A stretch of 64,000 nt of DNA from the NCBI GenBank assembly GCA_035719385.1, contig DASTGG010000096.1, positions 537 through 64,536 on the forward strand, written 5' to 3'. The DNA is from Usitatibacter sp. Lineage in GTDB: Bacteria > Pseudomonadota > Gammaproteobacteria > Burkholderiales > Usitatibacteraceae. The number at the start of each line of letters is the position of its first letter. The first letter of the stretch is position 1. Below, in pieces: positions 1 through 8,283 of the stretch. Both the position numbers and the translations under genes were made by a program. The notes beneath the pieces were generated by a model. The model searched no databases. It had not been told where the DNA came from and saw nothing but the letters and a program-made list of their open reading frames with translations.

Positions 1-787
1 CACGCCGGGCCAGGACCAGGGCGCGCGCATCGCCAACTTCAACGATGATTTCCTCGGCACCGCGCCCGACGTGGGCGCGGCCGAAAACGGCGCGGCGCCG
101 ATGGCCTTCGGGCTCGCGGCCGCCACGTCGACGAGCTCCGCAGGCTCGGGCGGCACGTCCACGACCACCGGTGGAAGCTCCGGGCCGTCGACGGGCACCG
201 CGCCCGTGTCGGCGGCGATGGATTCGAGCGCCTACGGCATCACCGCGGGGAGCAGCGTGACGTTCACGGCGACCCTCATGGGCAACAGCGGCACGCCCAC
301 GGGCAACGTGACGTTCCAGGCCGACGGCAACGCCATCAGCGGCTGCGTCGGCATGCCCGTCTCGAGCGGCAAGGCGCTCTGCGGCACGAGCGCGCTCGCC
401 GCCGGCTCGCATGCGATCACCGGCGCCTATTCGGGAGACGCGGTCTACGCGAGCGGCATCGCGGGCCCGATCACGGAAACGGTCGCGGCGGCCAGCAGCA
501 CGCTGCCACTGGGCTTCGGCATGGACTCGTCCGCTTACACGATCCATCGCGGCGACGCGGTGACGTTCATGGCGTACATCCCCGGCACGGGCGGCACGGT
601 GAAATTCCAGGACGGCGGCAACGCCATCGCCGGCTGCAGCGCGGTCGCCGTGTCCTCGAGCGGCACCGCGCAGTGCACGACGAAGAGGCTCTCCGTCGGC
701 CAGCACTCGATCCGCGGCGTGTATTCGGGCAGCGCCACGACCGCGAGCGGCGTGGCGGGCCCGATCACCGAGACGGTGCTTCGCTAG
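1..787 (+). CDS. C-terminal part of a large secreted protein: beta-helix/choice-of-anchor-Q-like tail, Ser/Thr/Gly linker, two Ig-like (Big_3-type) domains; 5' truncated
   Basis: Frame is open from position 2 (TPGQDQGARIANFNDDFLGTAPDVGAAE, resembling the 'xPDxGAxE' tail of beta-helix proteins). Two similar ~90-aa repeats MDSSAY...VTF...C...C...YSG...GPITETV follow. Confidence 0.75.
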   Translation, partial: TPGQDQGARIANFNDDFLGTAPDVGAAENGAAPMAFGLAAATSTSSAGSGGTSTTTGGSSGPSTGTAPVSAAMDSSAYGITAGSSVTFTATLMGNSGTPTGNVTFQADGNAISGCVGMPVSSGKALCGTSALAAGSHAITGAYSGDAVYASGIAGPITETVAAASSTLPLGFGMDSSAYTIHRGDAVTFMAYIPGTGGTVKFQDGGNAIAGCSAVAVSSSGTAQCTTKRLSVGQHSIRGVYSGSATTASGVAGPITETVLR

Positions 788-799
788 GCGTCAGCCCGG

Positions 800-825
800 G
801 GCGACAGCGGCGCGCCGCTGTCGCC
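800..825. terminator. GC-rich hairpin between convergent genes
   Basis: GGCGACAGCGG-CGCG-CCGCTGTCGCC perfect palindrome; no U-tract. Confidence 0.45.
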
Positions 826-836
826 GATGGCGGCGC

Positions 837-1793
837 TCAGGCCGCGACGAGCTTCCAGCGGCGCAGCGTGAGGAGCCGCAGCTTCCTGTACTCCGGCTCC
901 GTCAGCTTGCCCATGCTGGCCTTGAGCGCGGACTCGAAAAGGCCGAGCGCGTCGCGCGTCTCCGACGCGAAGAGCTGCGAGCGCAAGGCGTAGAAATCCG
1001 GCGTGTACTCGCCGAGCATCTCGTGGATCACCGGGAAGGACATCCGGTGGACCGCGCAGGGGCCGAGCTTGAGGAACGCTTCGCGATGCTCGGCGGTCGG
1101 ATAGCCCTTGTGGCCCGCGAAGCCGTAGCCGGGATACTCGCGGTCGAGCGCTTCCATCATGCGGTCGCGCTCGGTCTTCGCGATGATCGAGGCGGCGGCG
1201 ATGCTGAAGTTGAGGCCGTCGCCCTTGTTGAAGGCGTTCTGCGGCATGGCGATGCCGGGCACCGTGCGCGCATCCACGAGGACGTGCTGCGGCGGCCGCG
1301 GCAGCCCCTCGACCGCGCGGCGCATCGCGAGCAGCGATGCGTGGTAGATGTTGAGCTCGTCGATCTCGGCCACCGTGGCGATGCCCACGGCGACGCCGGC
1401 AGCCATGGCGCGGATCTCGACCGCGAGCCGCGCGCGCGTCTCGGGATCGAGCTTCTTCGAATCGTCCACGCCGGTGAGCGTGATGTCCGGGGGGAACATG
1501 ACGGCGGCGGCCACGACCGGGCCTGCGAGCGGCGCCACGCCGGCCTCGTCCACGCCGGCGATGTCGCGGATGCCCGACTTCCAGAGCAGGCGCTCGAAAT
1601 GGCACATCGCGTCCATGCGCAGGCGCTCGTCGCGCTCGCGCTCGAAGCGCTTCTTCAGCACGGCATGGAGCTTCTGCACGCCCTGGCGCTTGTCGCGCTG
1701 GAGGCGGGTGAGCACCTGCGGGGAGACGGGGGTGTCGCAGTCGACGTACCGCTTGCGGATCTCGTCGACCGAAAGCTCTTCTACACGGGCCAT
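837..1793 (-). CDS. rnhB: Ribonuclease HII with N- and C-terminal extensions
   Basis: IAGVDEAGVAPLAGPVVAAAV, DDSKKL, VLVDA, KGD...SIAAASIIAKTERD, HKGYPT..H, PCAVHRMSF motifs; start taken at MARVEELS. Confidence 0.92.
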   Translation of the reverse strand: MARVEELSVDEIRKRYVDCDTPVSPQVLTRLQRDKRQGVQKLHAVLKKRFERERDERLRMDAMCHFERLLWKSGIRDIAGVDEAGVAPLAGPVVAAAVMFPPDITLTGVDDSKKLDPETRARLAVEIRAMAAGVAVGIATVAEIDELNIYHASLLAMRRAVEGLPRPPQHVLVDARTVPGIAMPQNAFNKGDGLNFSIAAASIIAKTERDRMMEALDREYPGYGFAGHKGYPTAEHREAFLKLGPCAVHRMSFPVIHEMLGEYTPDFYALRSQLFASETRDALGLFESALKASMGKLTEPEYRKLRLLTLRRWKLVAA

Positions 1794-1928
1794 GGGGCGT
1801 TGCGATGGAAATGGGCTGCCTCCCGATTCTACGTGCCGGCGGCGCGCTTGTGGGACCCCGCATCGGCCGACGACGCGCAGGCCATCGCCCGCAGGCATAA
1901 TCCCCCCTCCATCCTTCAGGAGGAGGCG

Positions 1929-2903
1929 ATGAAAACAACCAATCGCACGCGGCTCGTGGCAGCCGCACTGGCCGCATTCGCGGGCGCCGCGCTCGCGCAG
2001 GCCAACTTCCCATCGCGCGCCGTGACGCTCACCGTGGGCTTCGCGCCGGGCGGCGGCACGGACACCATGGCCCGCATCGTGGCGCAGAAGCTCTCGCAGA
2101 ACATCGGGCAGTCGGTCGTGGTCGAGAACCGCGCGGGCGCCGGCGGCAACATCGCCGCGCAGCACATCGCCACGTCGCCTCCCGACGGCTACACGATCCA
2201 CCTGTCTTCCGTGGGGCCGCTCACCGTCGCGCCCGCGATGCAGAAGAACCTGCCCTACGATCCGAAGAAGGACATCGCGCCGATCACCATGGGCGCGGTC
2301 TTCCCGAACGTCTTCGTGGTGAACCCGAACGTGCCGGCGAAGACCCTCGCGGAATTCGTGGCGCTGGCCAAGTCGAAACCGAACGAGATCACGTACGCGT
2401 CCTCGGGCGTGGGCGGCGCAGGTCACCTCTCGGGCGAGCTCTTCAAGCAGCGCGCCGGCATCGAGATGGTCCACGTGCCCTACAAGGGCGGCGGACCCGC
2501 GATGACCGACCTGCTCGGCGGCCGCGTCTCGATGTATCCCGCGGTGCCCTCGACCGCGCTGCCGCATGTGCAGGCGGGCAAGCTGCGCGCGCTGGCGGTC
2601 ACCGGGCCCAAGCGCCTCGCCACGATGCCCGACGTGCCGACCGTCGCCGAATCGGGCTATCCCGGCTTCGAGGCGATGAACTGGTATTGCTTCGTCGCGC
2701 CGGGCAAGACGCCGAAGGAGATCATCAACTTCTGGAACCGCGAGATCGTGAAGGTGTTGAACGATCCGCAGGTGAAGGGCGAGCTGGCGAAGCACGACCT
2801 CGATCCCGCGCCTGGCACGCCCGAGGAGCTCGCGCGCTACATCGACAGCGAGACGGAGAAGTGGGGGAAGGTCGTGCGCGCCGCGCACATCACGGCGGAC
2901 TGA
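1929..2903 (+). CDS. Bug/TctC tripartite tricarboxylate transporter substrate-binding protein
   Basis: AGGAGG RBS, signal peptide, FAPGGGTD, VENRAGAGG, DGYT, HVPYKGGGPA motifs. Confidence 0.93.
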   Translation: MKTTNRTRLVAAALAAFAGAALAQANFPSRAVTLTVGFAPGGGTDTMARIVAQKLSQNIGQSVVVENRAGAGGNIAAQHIATSPPDGYTIHLSSVGPLTVAPAMQKNLPYDPKKDIAPITMGAVFPNVFVVNPNVPAKTLAEFVALAKSKPNEITYASSGVGGAGHLSGELFKQRAGIEMVHVPYKGGGPAMTDLLGGRVSMYPAVPSTALPHVQAGKLRALAVTGPKRLATMPDVPTVAESGYPGFEAMNWYCFVAPGKTPKEIINFWNREIVKVLNDPQVKGELAKHDLDPAPGTPEELARYIDSETEKWGKVVRAAHITAD

Positions 2904-3001
2904 CGTGCCGCAGTGACAAATGCCCCGCGCTTGCCCCGAGTCAACGCGCGCGCATCGCGCGGGCGCAGCATGGCTGCTACCCTCGTCACGCGGGAGCACC
3001 C

Positions 3002-3508
3002 ATGAAGCGCATGCACGCCTTGCTGGCCGCGGCGATCGCGGCGATGTCGCTCGTCCCCGCAACGCCCGCGCTGGCGCAGATGTGGAGCGGCGGCTCCGGC
3101 AGCATGCTCGGCCGCGGCTTTCCCGGCATGGGCATGGGGCCGGGGCGCATGGGCACGTTCCACGATGCCGCCACGGCCACGCGGGGCGCGCTCGATGCGC
3201 TGCACGCGCGGCTCGCGCTCACGCCCGGGCAGGAGGCGCTCTGGCAGGCATTCGTGACGGCGGCGATCGCCGAAGCGAACGACATGGACGACATGCACGA
3301 CGACATGTTCGCGGCCATGCAGGGCACTTCCGCCGACCGGATGACGGCACGCGCGCAGGTCATGCGCGAGCACGCGGACGACGCGGTCGCCGCCGCGCAG
3401 GCGTACGCCGCCTTCTACGCCTCGCTCACGGCGGCGCAGCGCGCCATCGCCGACGAATTCCTCGGCCGCGGCCCGATGGCGGGCCCGCGCTCCGGCCCCT
3501 TCGGCTGA
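3002..3508 (+). CDS. Spy/CpxP (LTXXQ) family periplasmic protein
   Basis: Signal peptide, Gly/Met-rich linker, LTPGQEALW and LTAAQRAIAD motifs. Confidence 0.75.
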   Translation: MKRMHALLAAAIAAMSLVPATPALAQMWSGGSGSMLGRGFPGMGMGPGRMGTFHDAATATRGALDALHARLALTPGQEALWQAFVTAAIAEANDMDDMHDDMFAAMQGTSADRMTARAQVMREHADDAVAAAQAYAAFYASLTAAQRAIADEFLGRGPMAGPRSGPFG

Positions 3509-3514
3509 CCTGCA

Positions 3515-3889
3515 TCAGCGTCGCGGCGCGCGCCCGCGCCGCGGCGTAGCGCCCAGGTCGAAGAACACGCGCTGCCAGGCCGAGCGCTCGCCCAGGCGAC
3601 GGCCGACCTGCCCGCACACGAGGTCGCAAAGCTCGAAAACCTTCGGATCGGCGATGCGGTAGTAGACGCTCGTGCCTTGCGGATGCCTGGCGACGAGCCC
3701 GTTCGCGGAAAGCACCGAGAGGTGCTTGGAAACGTTCGCCTGCGTGCAACGGGTGAGCTCGGTGAGCTCCGTCACGTTGTGCGCGCTCATCCGCAGCGCG
3801 TTCAGGATCCTGAGGCGCGCCGGCACCGACAGGGCCGCGAAGTACCGCGCGACCTCCTCGAGCGCCATGTCGTCGAGCTTGCCCAGCAT
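3515..3889 (-). CDS. ArsR/SmtB family transcriptional repressor
   Basis: FAALSVPARLRIL...TQANVSKHLSVL...GTSVYYRI winged helix; C-terminal LCDLVC Cys pair. Confidence 0.9.
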   Translation of the reverse strand: MLGKLDDMALEEVARYFAALSVPARLRILNALRMSAHNVTELTELTRCTQANVSKHLSVLSANGLVARHPQGTSVYYRIADPKVFELCDLVCGQVGRRLGERSAWQRVFFDLGATPRRGRAPRR

Positions 3890-3936
3890 GTGTCGTCTTC
3901 CTCCTTCCCCCAACTGTGACTCAAGTCATCTTCCAT

Positions 3937-3956
3937 AACTATATGCTCATATAGTT
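3937..3956. promoter_or_regulatory. Probable ArsR operator (9-2-9 inverted repeat)
   Basis: AACTATATG-CT-CATATAGTT, a perfect AT-rich palindrome in the arsR/otr divergent intergenic region. Confidence 0.7.
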
Positions 3957-3968
3957 GTCCTGCGTCAA
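3955..3968 (+). promoter_or_regulatory. CRP/FNR-family-like box
   Basis: TTGTC-CTGC-GTCAA, one mismatch from TTGAC-N4-GTCAA, upstream of otr. Confidence 0.4.
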
Positions 3969-4016
3969 CGGGCGCTTCGACGGCAGGTCCAGCATCTGGA
4001 TCGAAAGGAGCACCCC

Positions 4017-5441
4017 ATGCGCAAACGCAACCTCGCCGCCGTCGCGCTCGCATTCCTGGGCGTCGCGATGACCGCCGCCGCCGCCGTCGACCATTCGGGC
4101 TTCGCGCCGCTGCAGGGCGACTTCAAGTCGGGCCCCGAAGTCACCAGGGCGTGCCTCACGTGCCATGCCGAGGCCTCGAAGCAGCTGCAGAAGACGCAGC
4201 ACTGGAAATGGGAATACGTGAACGATGCCGGCAAGAAGCTCGGCAAGCGCCACGTCATCAACAATTTCTGCACGTCGTCCACCACCAACCTCGGCGCCTG
4301 CGCCTCGTGCCACATCGGGTACGGCATGAAGGACGCGAAGTTCGACTTCGAGGCGCAGGAGAACGTGGACTGCCTCGTCTGCCACGACACGACCGGCAAG
4401 TACCGCAAGCCCGCCGGCCTCGCCGGCAATCCCGTCACGCAGGACATGGAGCTGCCCACGGGCTCCGGGAAGATCGTGAAGGCCCTGGACCTGGGCAGCA
4501 TCGCGCGCAAGGTTGGGAAGACCAGCCGCGCCACCTGCGGCACGTGCCATTTCTACGGCGGCGGCGGCGACGGCGTGAAGCACGGCGACATGGATTCGTC
4601 GCTCGAAGCGCCCGACCGGATGCTCGACGTGCACATGGACGCGAAGGGCCTGAACTTCACCTGCACCACCTGCCACGAGACGCAGAACCACGCCGTGCCG
4701 GGCAGCCGCTACGGCCCGATGGGGACCTCCCTCAAGTGCGAGAACTGCCACGGCAACGAGCCACACCCGGCGAACGCGCGGTTGAATGCGCACGTCGCGA
4801 AAGTCGCCTGCCAGACCTGCCACATCTCGCGCTTCGCGCGCGGCGGCGTGCCCACGAAGATGGTGTGGGACTGGTCCAAGGCCGGCCAACGCGGCGCCGA
4901 CGGCAAGCCGCTCGTGAAGAAGAACGACCAGGGCTACGAGGTCTACAACGGCATGAAGGGCGAGTTCGCCTGGGCCGAGAACGTGGTCCCCGAGTACGTC
5001 TGGTTCAACGGCAGGATCCTCTACACCGTTCCCTCCGACAAGCTGGACCCGCAAGCCGGTCCCGTGTGGATCAACCGCTTCGACGGCAGCGCGAAGGATG
5101 GCAAGTCGAAGATCTGGCCGGTGAAGGTCTTCCGCGGCAAGCAGGCGTGGGACCCGGTCAATCGCACGCTCGCTTTCACGCACCTCGCGGGCAACGACGA
5201 CACCGCCTACTGGAAGAACCTCGACTGGAAGAAGGCCGTGACCACCGGCATGGCGTCGGTCGGCATGCCGTTCTCGGGCGAGGTCGCATTCGTCGAGACC
5301 TTCAGCACATGGCCCATCACGCACATGGTCGCGCCGAAGTCAGAGGCGCTCGGATGCGCCGATTGCCACGCCGCCAACGGCCGCCTCGCGAAGGTGCCGG
5401 GCCTGTCGATGCCCAAGCTCGCCAAGGAGAACAAGCAATGA
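4017..5441 (+). CDS. otr: Octaheme c-type cytochrome, tetrathionate reductase (OTR) family
   Basis: Signal peptide; eight CxxCH (CLTCH, CASCH, CLVCH, CGTCH, CTTCH, CENCH, CQTCH, CADCH); GKxxxINNFC, GGGGDGVKHGD and WDWSKAG OTR-family motifs. Confidence 0.88.
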   Translation: MRKRNLAAVALAFLGVAMTAAAAVDHSGFAPLQGDFKSGPEVTRACLTCHAEASKQLQKTQHWKWEYVNDAGKKLGKRHVINNFCTSSTTNLGACASCHIGYGMKDAKFDFEAQENVDCLVCHDTTGKYRKPAGLAGNPVTQDMELPTGSGKIVKALDLGSIARKVGKTSRATCGTCHFYGGGGDGVKHGDMDSSLEAPDRMLDVHMDAKGLNFTCTTCHETQNHAVPGSRYGPMGTSLKCENCHGNEPHPANARLNAHVAKVACQTCHISRFARGGVPTKMVWDWSKAGQRGADGKPLVKKNDQGYEVYNGMKGEFAWAENVVPEYVWFNGRILYTVPSDKLDPQAGPVWINRFDGSAKDGKSKIWPVKVFRGKQAWDPVNRTLAFTHLAGNDDTAYWKNLDWKKAVTTGMASVGMPFSGEVAFVETFSTWPITHMVAPKSEALGCADCHAANGRLAKVPGLSMPKLAKENKQ

Positions 5442-7201
5442 GCCGCATCCTGTCGCGTTGCGTCGCCGCGGCACTGCTCGCCGCCACCCCGCTGGCCGCG
5501 ACCGCCGCCGATGACGAGATCATGCGCCGCATCGATTCGCTCTCGCGCGAGATCGAGCAGCTCAAGGCGCAGCTGCGCGCCAACGACGAGAAGGTCGCCA
5601 AGGCGGTCGAGCAAGCCAGGGCCCAGCCGAAGCGCGACGAGCGCTCGGTCGATCGCTGGCTCACGATCGGCGGCGACTACCGGTTCCGCTACGACTACCT
5701 GAGCGGCGAGACCGCGGCCTTCACCGACGTGTCCTCCACGTTCAACAATGCGCAGCAGCGGCTCATGGGCGACTTCTTCGCCAATCCCACGGGCGTGTCG
5801 TCCTTCTTCGGCGCGCCGCAGGCGGGCGGATTGACGACCGCGCAAGCGCTCAGCGCGCTTTCGGGCTTCTCGCAGGCGATGACCGGCGTGCGCTCGTACA
5901 GCGATGCGGCCGCCTTTCTCGCGCAGCCGCAGAACGCCGGCCTCGTCCAGGGGCTCGGCACGTTCGCGGTGCCCGTGGACTCGTACAAGCCGAAGAACGA
6001 GTCGCTGTATACCAACCGCTTCCGCCTCGACCTGCACGCCAGGGCCACGCAGGACGTGAGCGTCACCGCGCGGCTGCTCGCGTACAAGGTCTTCGGCGCC
6101 CAGGACGACGACGCGGTCGTCAACGGCGGCGCGGCGCCCTTCTTCGCCGACCGCGTCGGCGTCTTCGACGGCACGCTCGCCCATGTCCCGTCCTCGAGCT
6201 TCCTCGCGGTCGATCGCGCGTACGCGACGTGGAGCAACATCGCCGGGCGCGACATGTGGTTCTCCGTGGGAAGGCGCCCGTCCACCAACGGCGCGCCGGG
6301 CAACCTGCGCCTGAACGAGCCGCGGCCGGGCAACGGCGGCACGCCCGCACTGCTGGTCGATTACGCCTTCGACGGCATGACGCTCGGCTATGCGCCGGAC
6401 ATCGACGGCCTGCCTGGCGCGTACGGCAAGATCTGCTACGGCCGCGGCTTCGAGAGCGGCTTCCGCCACACGCCGGCGAACTCGATCCAGGACACGGACA
6501 TGTTCGGCGTCTCCGTGGTCCCGATCGACACCGACAAGCTGCGCGTGTGGACACAATGGAACCGCGGCTTCCACATCTTCGACGCGCCCGTGATGCAGGG
6601 CACGTTCTTCGGGAACACCGCGCCGAAAGCCGACCTCGGCAACATCGACTGGTTCGGCGCGGGCGCCATGGGCACCATCAAGAAAGCCGGCCCCGGCGAC
6701 CTCAACTGGTTCGCCGACGTGGGGCTGAGCGTCACGCACCCGAACGACAACGTGTCCGCGCAGTTCGGCTTCCAGGGCCTGCTCACGGGCGGGTTCTTCG
6801 CGCCCGAGGCGCCTTCGAGCAAGCGCGGCAACGCGATCTACGTCGGCGCGCGCTACGACCTGCCGTCGCGCACCAAGCTCGGCGTCGAGTACAACCACGG
6901 CTCGAAGAACTGGATCACCTTCGCGCCCGCCGCCGACGACATGTGGACCGCGAAGCTCGGCACGCGCGGCAACGTCTACGAGGCCTACGTCATCCAGGAG
7001 CTCGACGCGAAGCCGATCTCGTCGTTCACGAGCAAGGCGTTCTTCCGCCTCGGGTTCCAGCACTACGACTTCGACTACACCGGCAGCAACAACTGGGTCG
7101 GCGCGCCGGTGCGCATCTCCGACGTGAACGGGCGGTTCATGACGCTCACGCCGCTGAAGAGCGCCTACAACGTGTATGGCACGTTCGAAGTGAAATTCTG
7201 A
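5438..7201 (+). CDS. DUF3373-like outer-membrane beta-barrel with N-terminal coiled coil
   Basis: ATGA overlap with otr; signal peptide; coiled coil; IGGDYRFRYD, SVGRRPST; terminal Phe (FEVKF). Confidence 0.72.
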   Translation: MSRILSRCVAAALLAATPLAATAADDEIMRRIDSLSREIEQLKAQLRANDEKVAKAVEQARAQPKRDERSVDRWLTIGGDYRFRYDYLSGETAAFTDVSSTFNNAQQRLMGDFFANPTGVSSFFGAPQAGGLTTAQALSALSGFSQAMTGVRSYSDAAAFLAQPQNAGLVQGLGTFAVPVDSYKPKNESLYTNRFRLDLHARATQDVSVTARLLAYKVFGAQDDDAVVNGGAAPFFADRVGVFDGTLAHVPSSSFLAVDRAYATWSNIAGRDMWFSVGRRPSTNGAPGNLRLNEPRPGNGGTPALLVDYAFDGMTLGYAPDIDGLPGAYGKICYGRGFESGFRHTPANSIQDTDMFGVSVVPIDTDKLRVWTQWNRGFHIFDAPVMQGTFFGNTAPKADLGNIDWFGAGAMGTIKKAGPGDLNWFADVGLSVTHPNDNVSAQFGFQGLLTGGFFAPEAPSSKRGNAIYVGARYDLPSRTKLGVEYNHGSKNWITFAPAADDMWTAKLGTRGNVYEAYVIQELDAKPISSFTSKAFFRLGFQHYDFDYTGSNNWVGAPVRISDVNGRFMTLTPLKSAYNVYGTFEVKF

Positions 7202-7212
7202 AAGGGCATGAC

Positions 7213-7533
7213 ATGAAACTTCCTTCTCCCCTCGCCCTCATGGTCGCCGCCGCGTGCGCCGCGGGCGCATTGCTCGTCACCAGCGCGCGCGCCGAGGACA
7301 CGACGATCGTGGCCCCGGTCACCCGCATCGAGCTCGCGGCCGACGGCAAGTCGGCGAAAGCCACGCTCAAGGACGAGAAGTCCGGCGAAGTGACGGTCAC
7401 GATCACCGACGACCTCACGCTCGACAAGTTCAAGGACAAGCGCATCCAGGAAGGCGACGAGATCCGCGCCCGCTTCGACAGGAAGGATGGCAGGAACAGC
7501 AGCAAGTCGTTCAAGAAGACCGCCGGCTGCTGA
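7213..7533 (+). CDS. Small periplasmic beta-rich protein ending in Gly-Cys
   Basis: Signal peptide; DGEKR-rich mature part; C-terminus KKTAGC. Confidence 0.75.
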   Translation: MKLPSPLALMVAAACAAGALLVTSARAEDTTIVAPVTRIELAADGKSAKATLKDEKSGEVTVTITDDLTLDKFKDKRIQEGDEIRARFDRKDGRNSSKSFKKTAGC

Positions 7534-7540
7534 AACGCGC

Positions 7541-7580
7541 CCCGGGGCGCTGCGGCCTCCCCCTCCCTGAGCGCCCCGGG
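7541..7580 (+). terminator. Stem-loop after the otr operon
   Basis: CCCGGGGCGCT (7541-7551) / AGCGCCCCGGG (7570-7580) 11-bp inverted repeat; no U-tract. Confidence 0.4.
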
Positions 7581-7597
7581 TCCCCGCGCCCGGCCGA

Positions 7598-7611
7598 TTG
7601 ACGCAGATCAT
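7598..7611 (+). promoter_or_regulatory. FNR-like box
   Basis: TTGAC-GCAG-ATCAT versus consensus TTGAT-N4-ATCAA, upstream of the diheme cytochrome/cyc2 pair. Confidence 0.5.
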
Positions 7612-7644
7612 GCGGCAGGGGGCGTGTCATGCGAAAGTATGCGC

Positions 7645-8283
7645 ATGGTGCGCCCTCCCTTTCCGGCCCTCCGGGCATTCCTCCTGCTCCTTGCCACCTC
7701 CCTCGCCGGCCCGGCGCTCGGCGCCGGCTTGACCGCCGCGCAGGCCGCGCAGCTCTACCAACGCAACTGCGCCGCATGCCATGGCGAGAAGGGCGATGGC
7801 GAGAGCCGCGCCAAGGCCTCGCTCGCCAAGGAGCCCCGCAACTTCACCACCGACGAGGCGCGGCGCGACCTGCCGCGCGAATACATGGTCGCGATCGTGC
7901 GCGACGGCAAGCACGACGCGCCGATGGTCGGGCGCAAGTCGCGCCTCACGGAAGCGCAGATGGAAGCGATCGTCGATTTCATCCGCACGGCGTTCATGCC
8001 GCCCGAGGCGGGCAGCACGCGCGCCAGGGGCCGCGAGATCTACGCGGCACGCTGCGCGGCTTGCCACGGCCCGCGCGGGGCCGGCGGCAGCCAGCACGGA
8101 ACCATGACGGTGCCCGGCCTGTCACGCGTGCGGGCGCGTGATGGCCTCACGCGCGCCGACATGATCGCCGCCATCGCGAGCGAGAAGCACGGATCGCTGC
8201 GCGGCGGCTTCGCGACCCAGCTCTCGGACGCCGACCGCGAGGCCGTCGTCGACTACATCCGCAGCACCTTCGTCGAACAATGA
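7645..8283 (+). CDS. Periplasmic diheme cytochrome c
   Basis: Signal peptide; two class-I domains each with CAACH; start may be 7639 or 7645. Confidence 0.85.
   Translation: MVRPPFPALRAFLLLLATSLAGPALGAGLTAAQAAQLYQRNCAACHGEKGDGESRAKASLAKEPRNFTTDEARRDLPREYMVAIVRDGKHDAPMVGRKSRLTEAQMEAIVDFIRTAFMPPEAGSTRARGREIYAARCAACHGPRGAGGSQHGTMTVPGLSRVRARDGLTRADMIAAIASEKHGSLRGGFATQLSDADREAVVDYIRSTFVEQ

Noticed and set aside
7531-7644. UGA after Gly-Cys followed by a hairpin and an open in-frame path into the diheme cytochrome: possible selenocysteine or readthrough fusion
   Set aside because: The downstream cytochrome has its own signal peptide and an FNR-like box lies in the linker; the 18-nt loop is not SECIS-like; a 30-codon stop-free in-frame run is common at this GC content.
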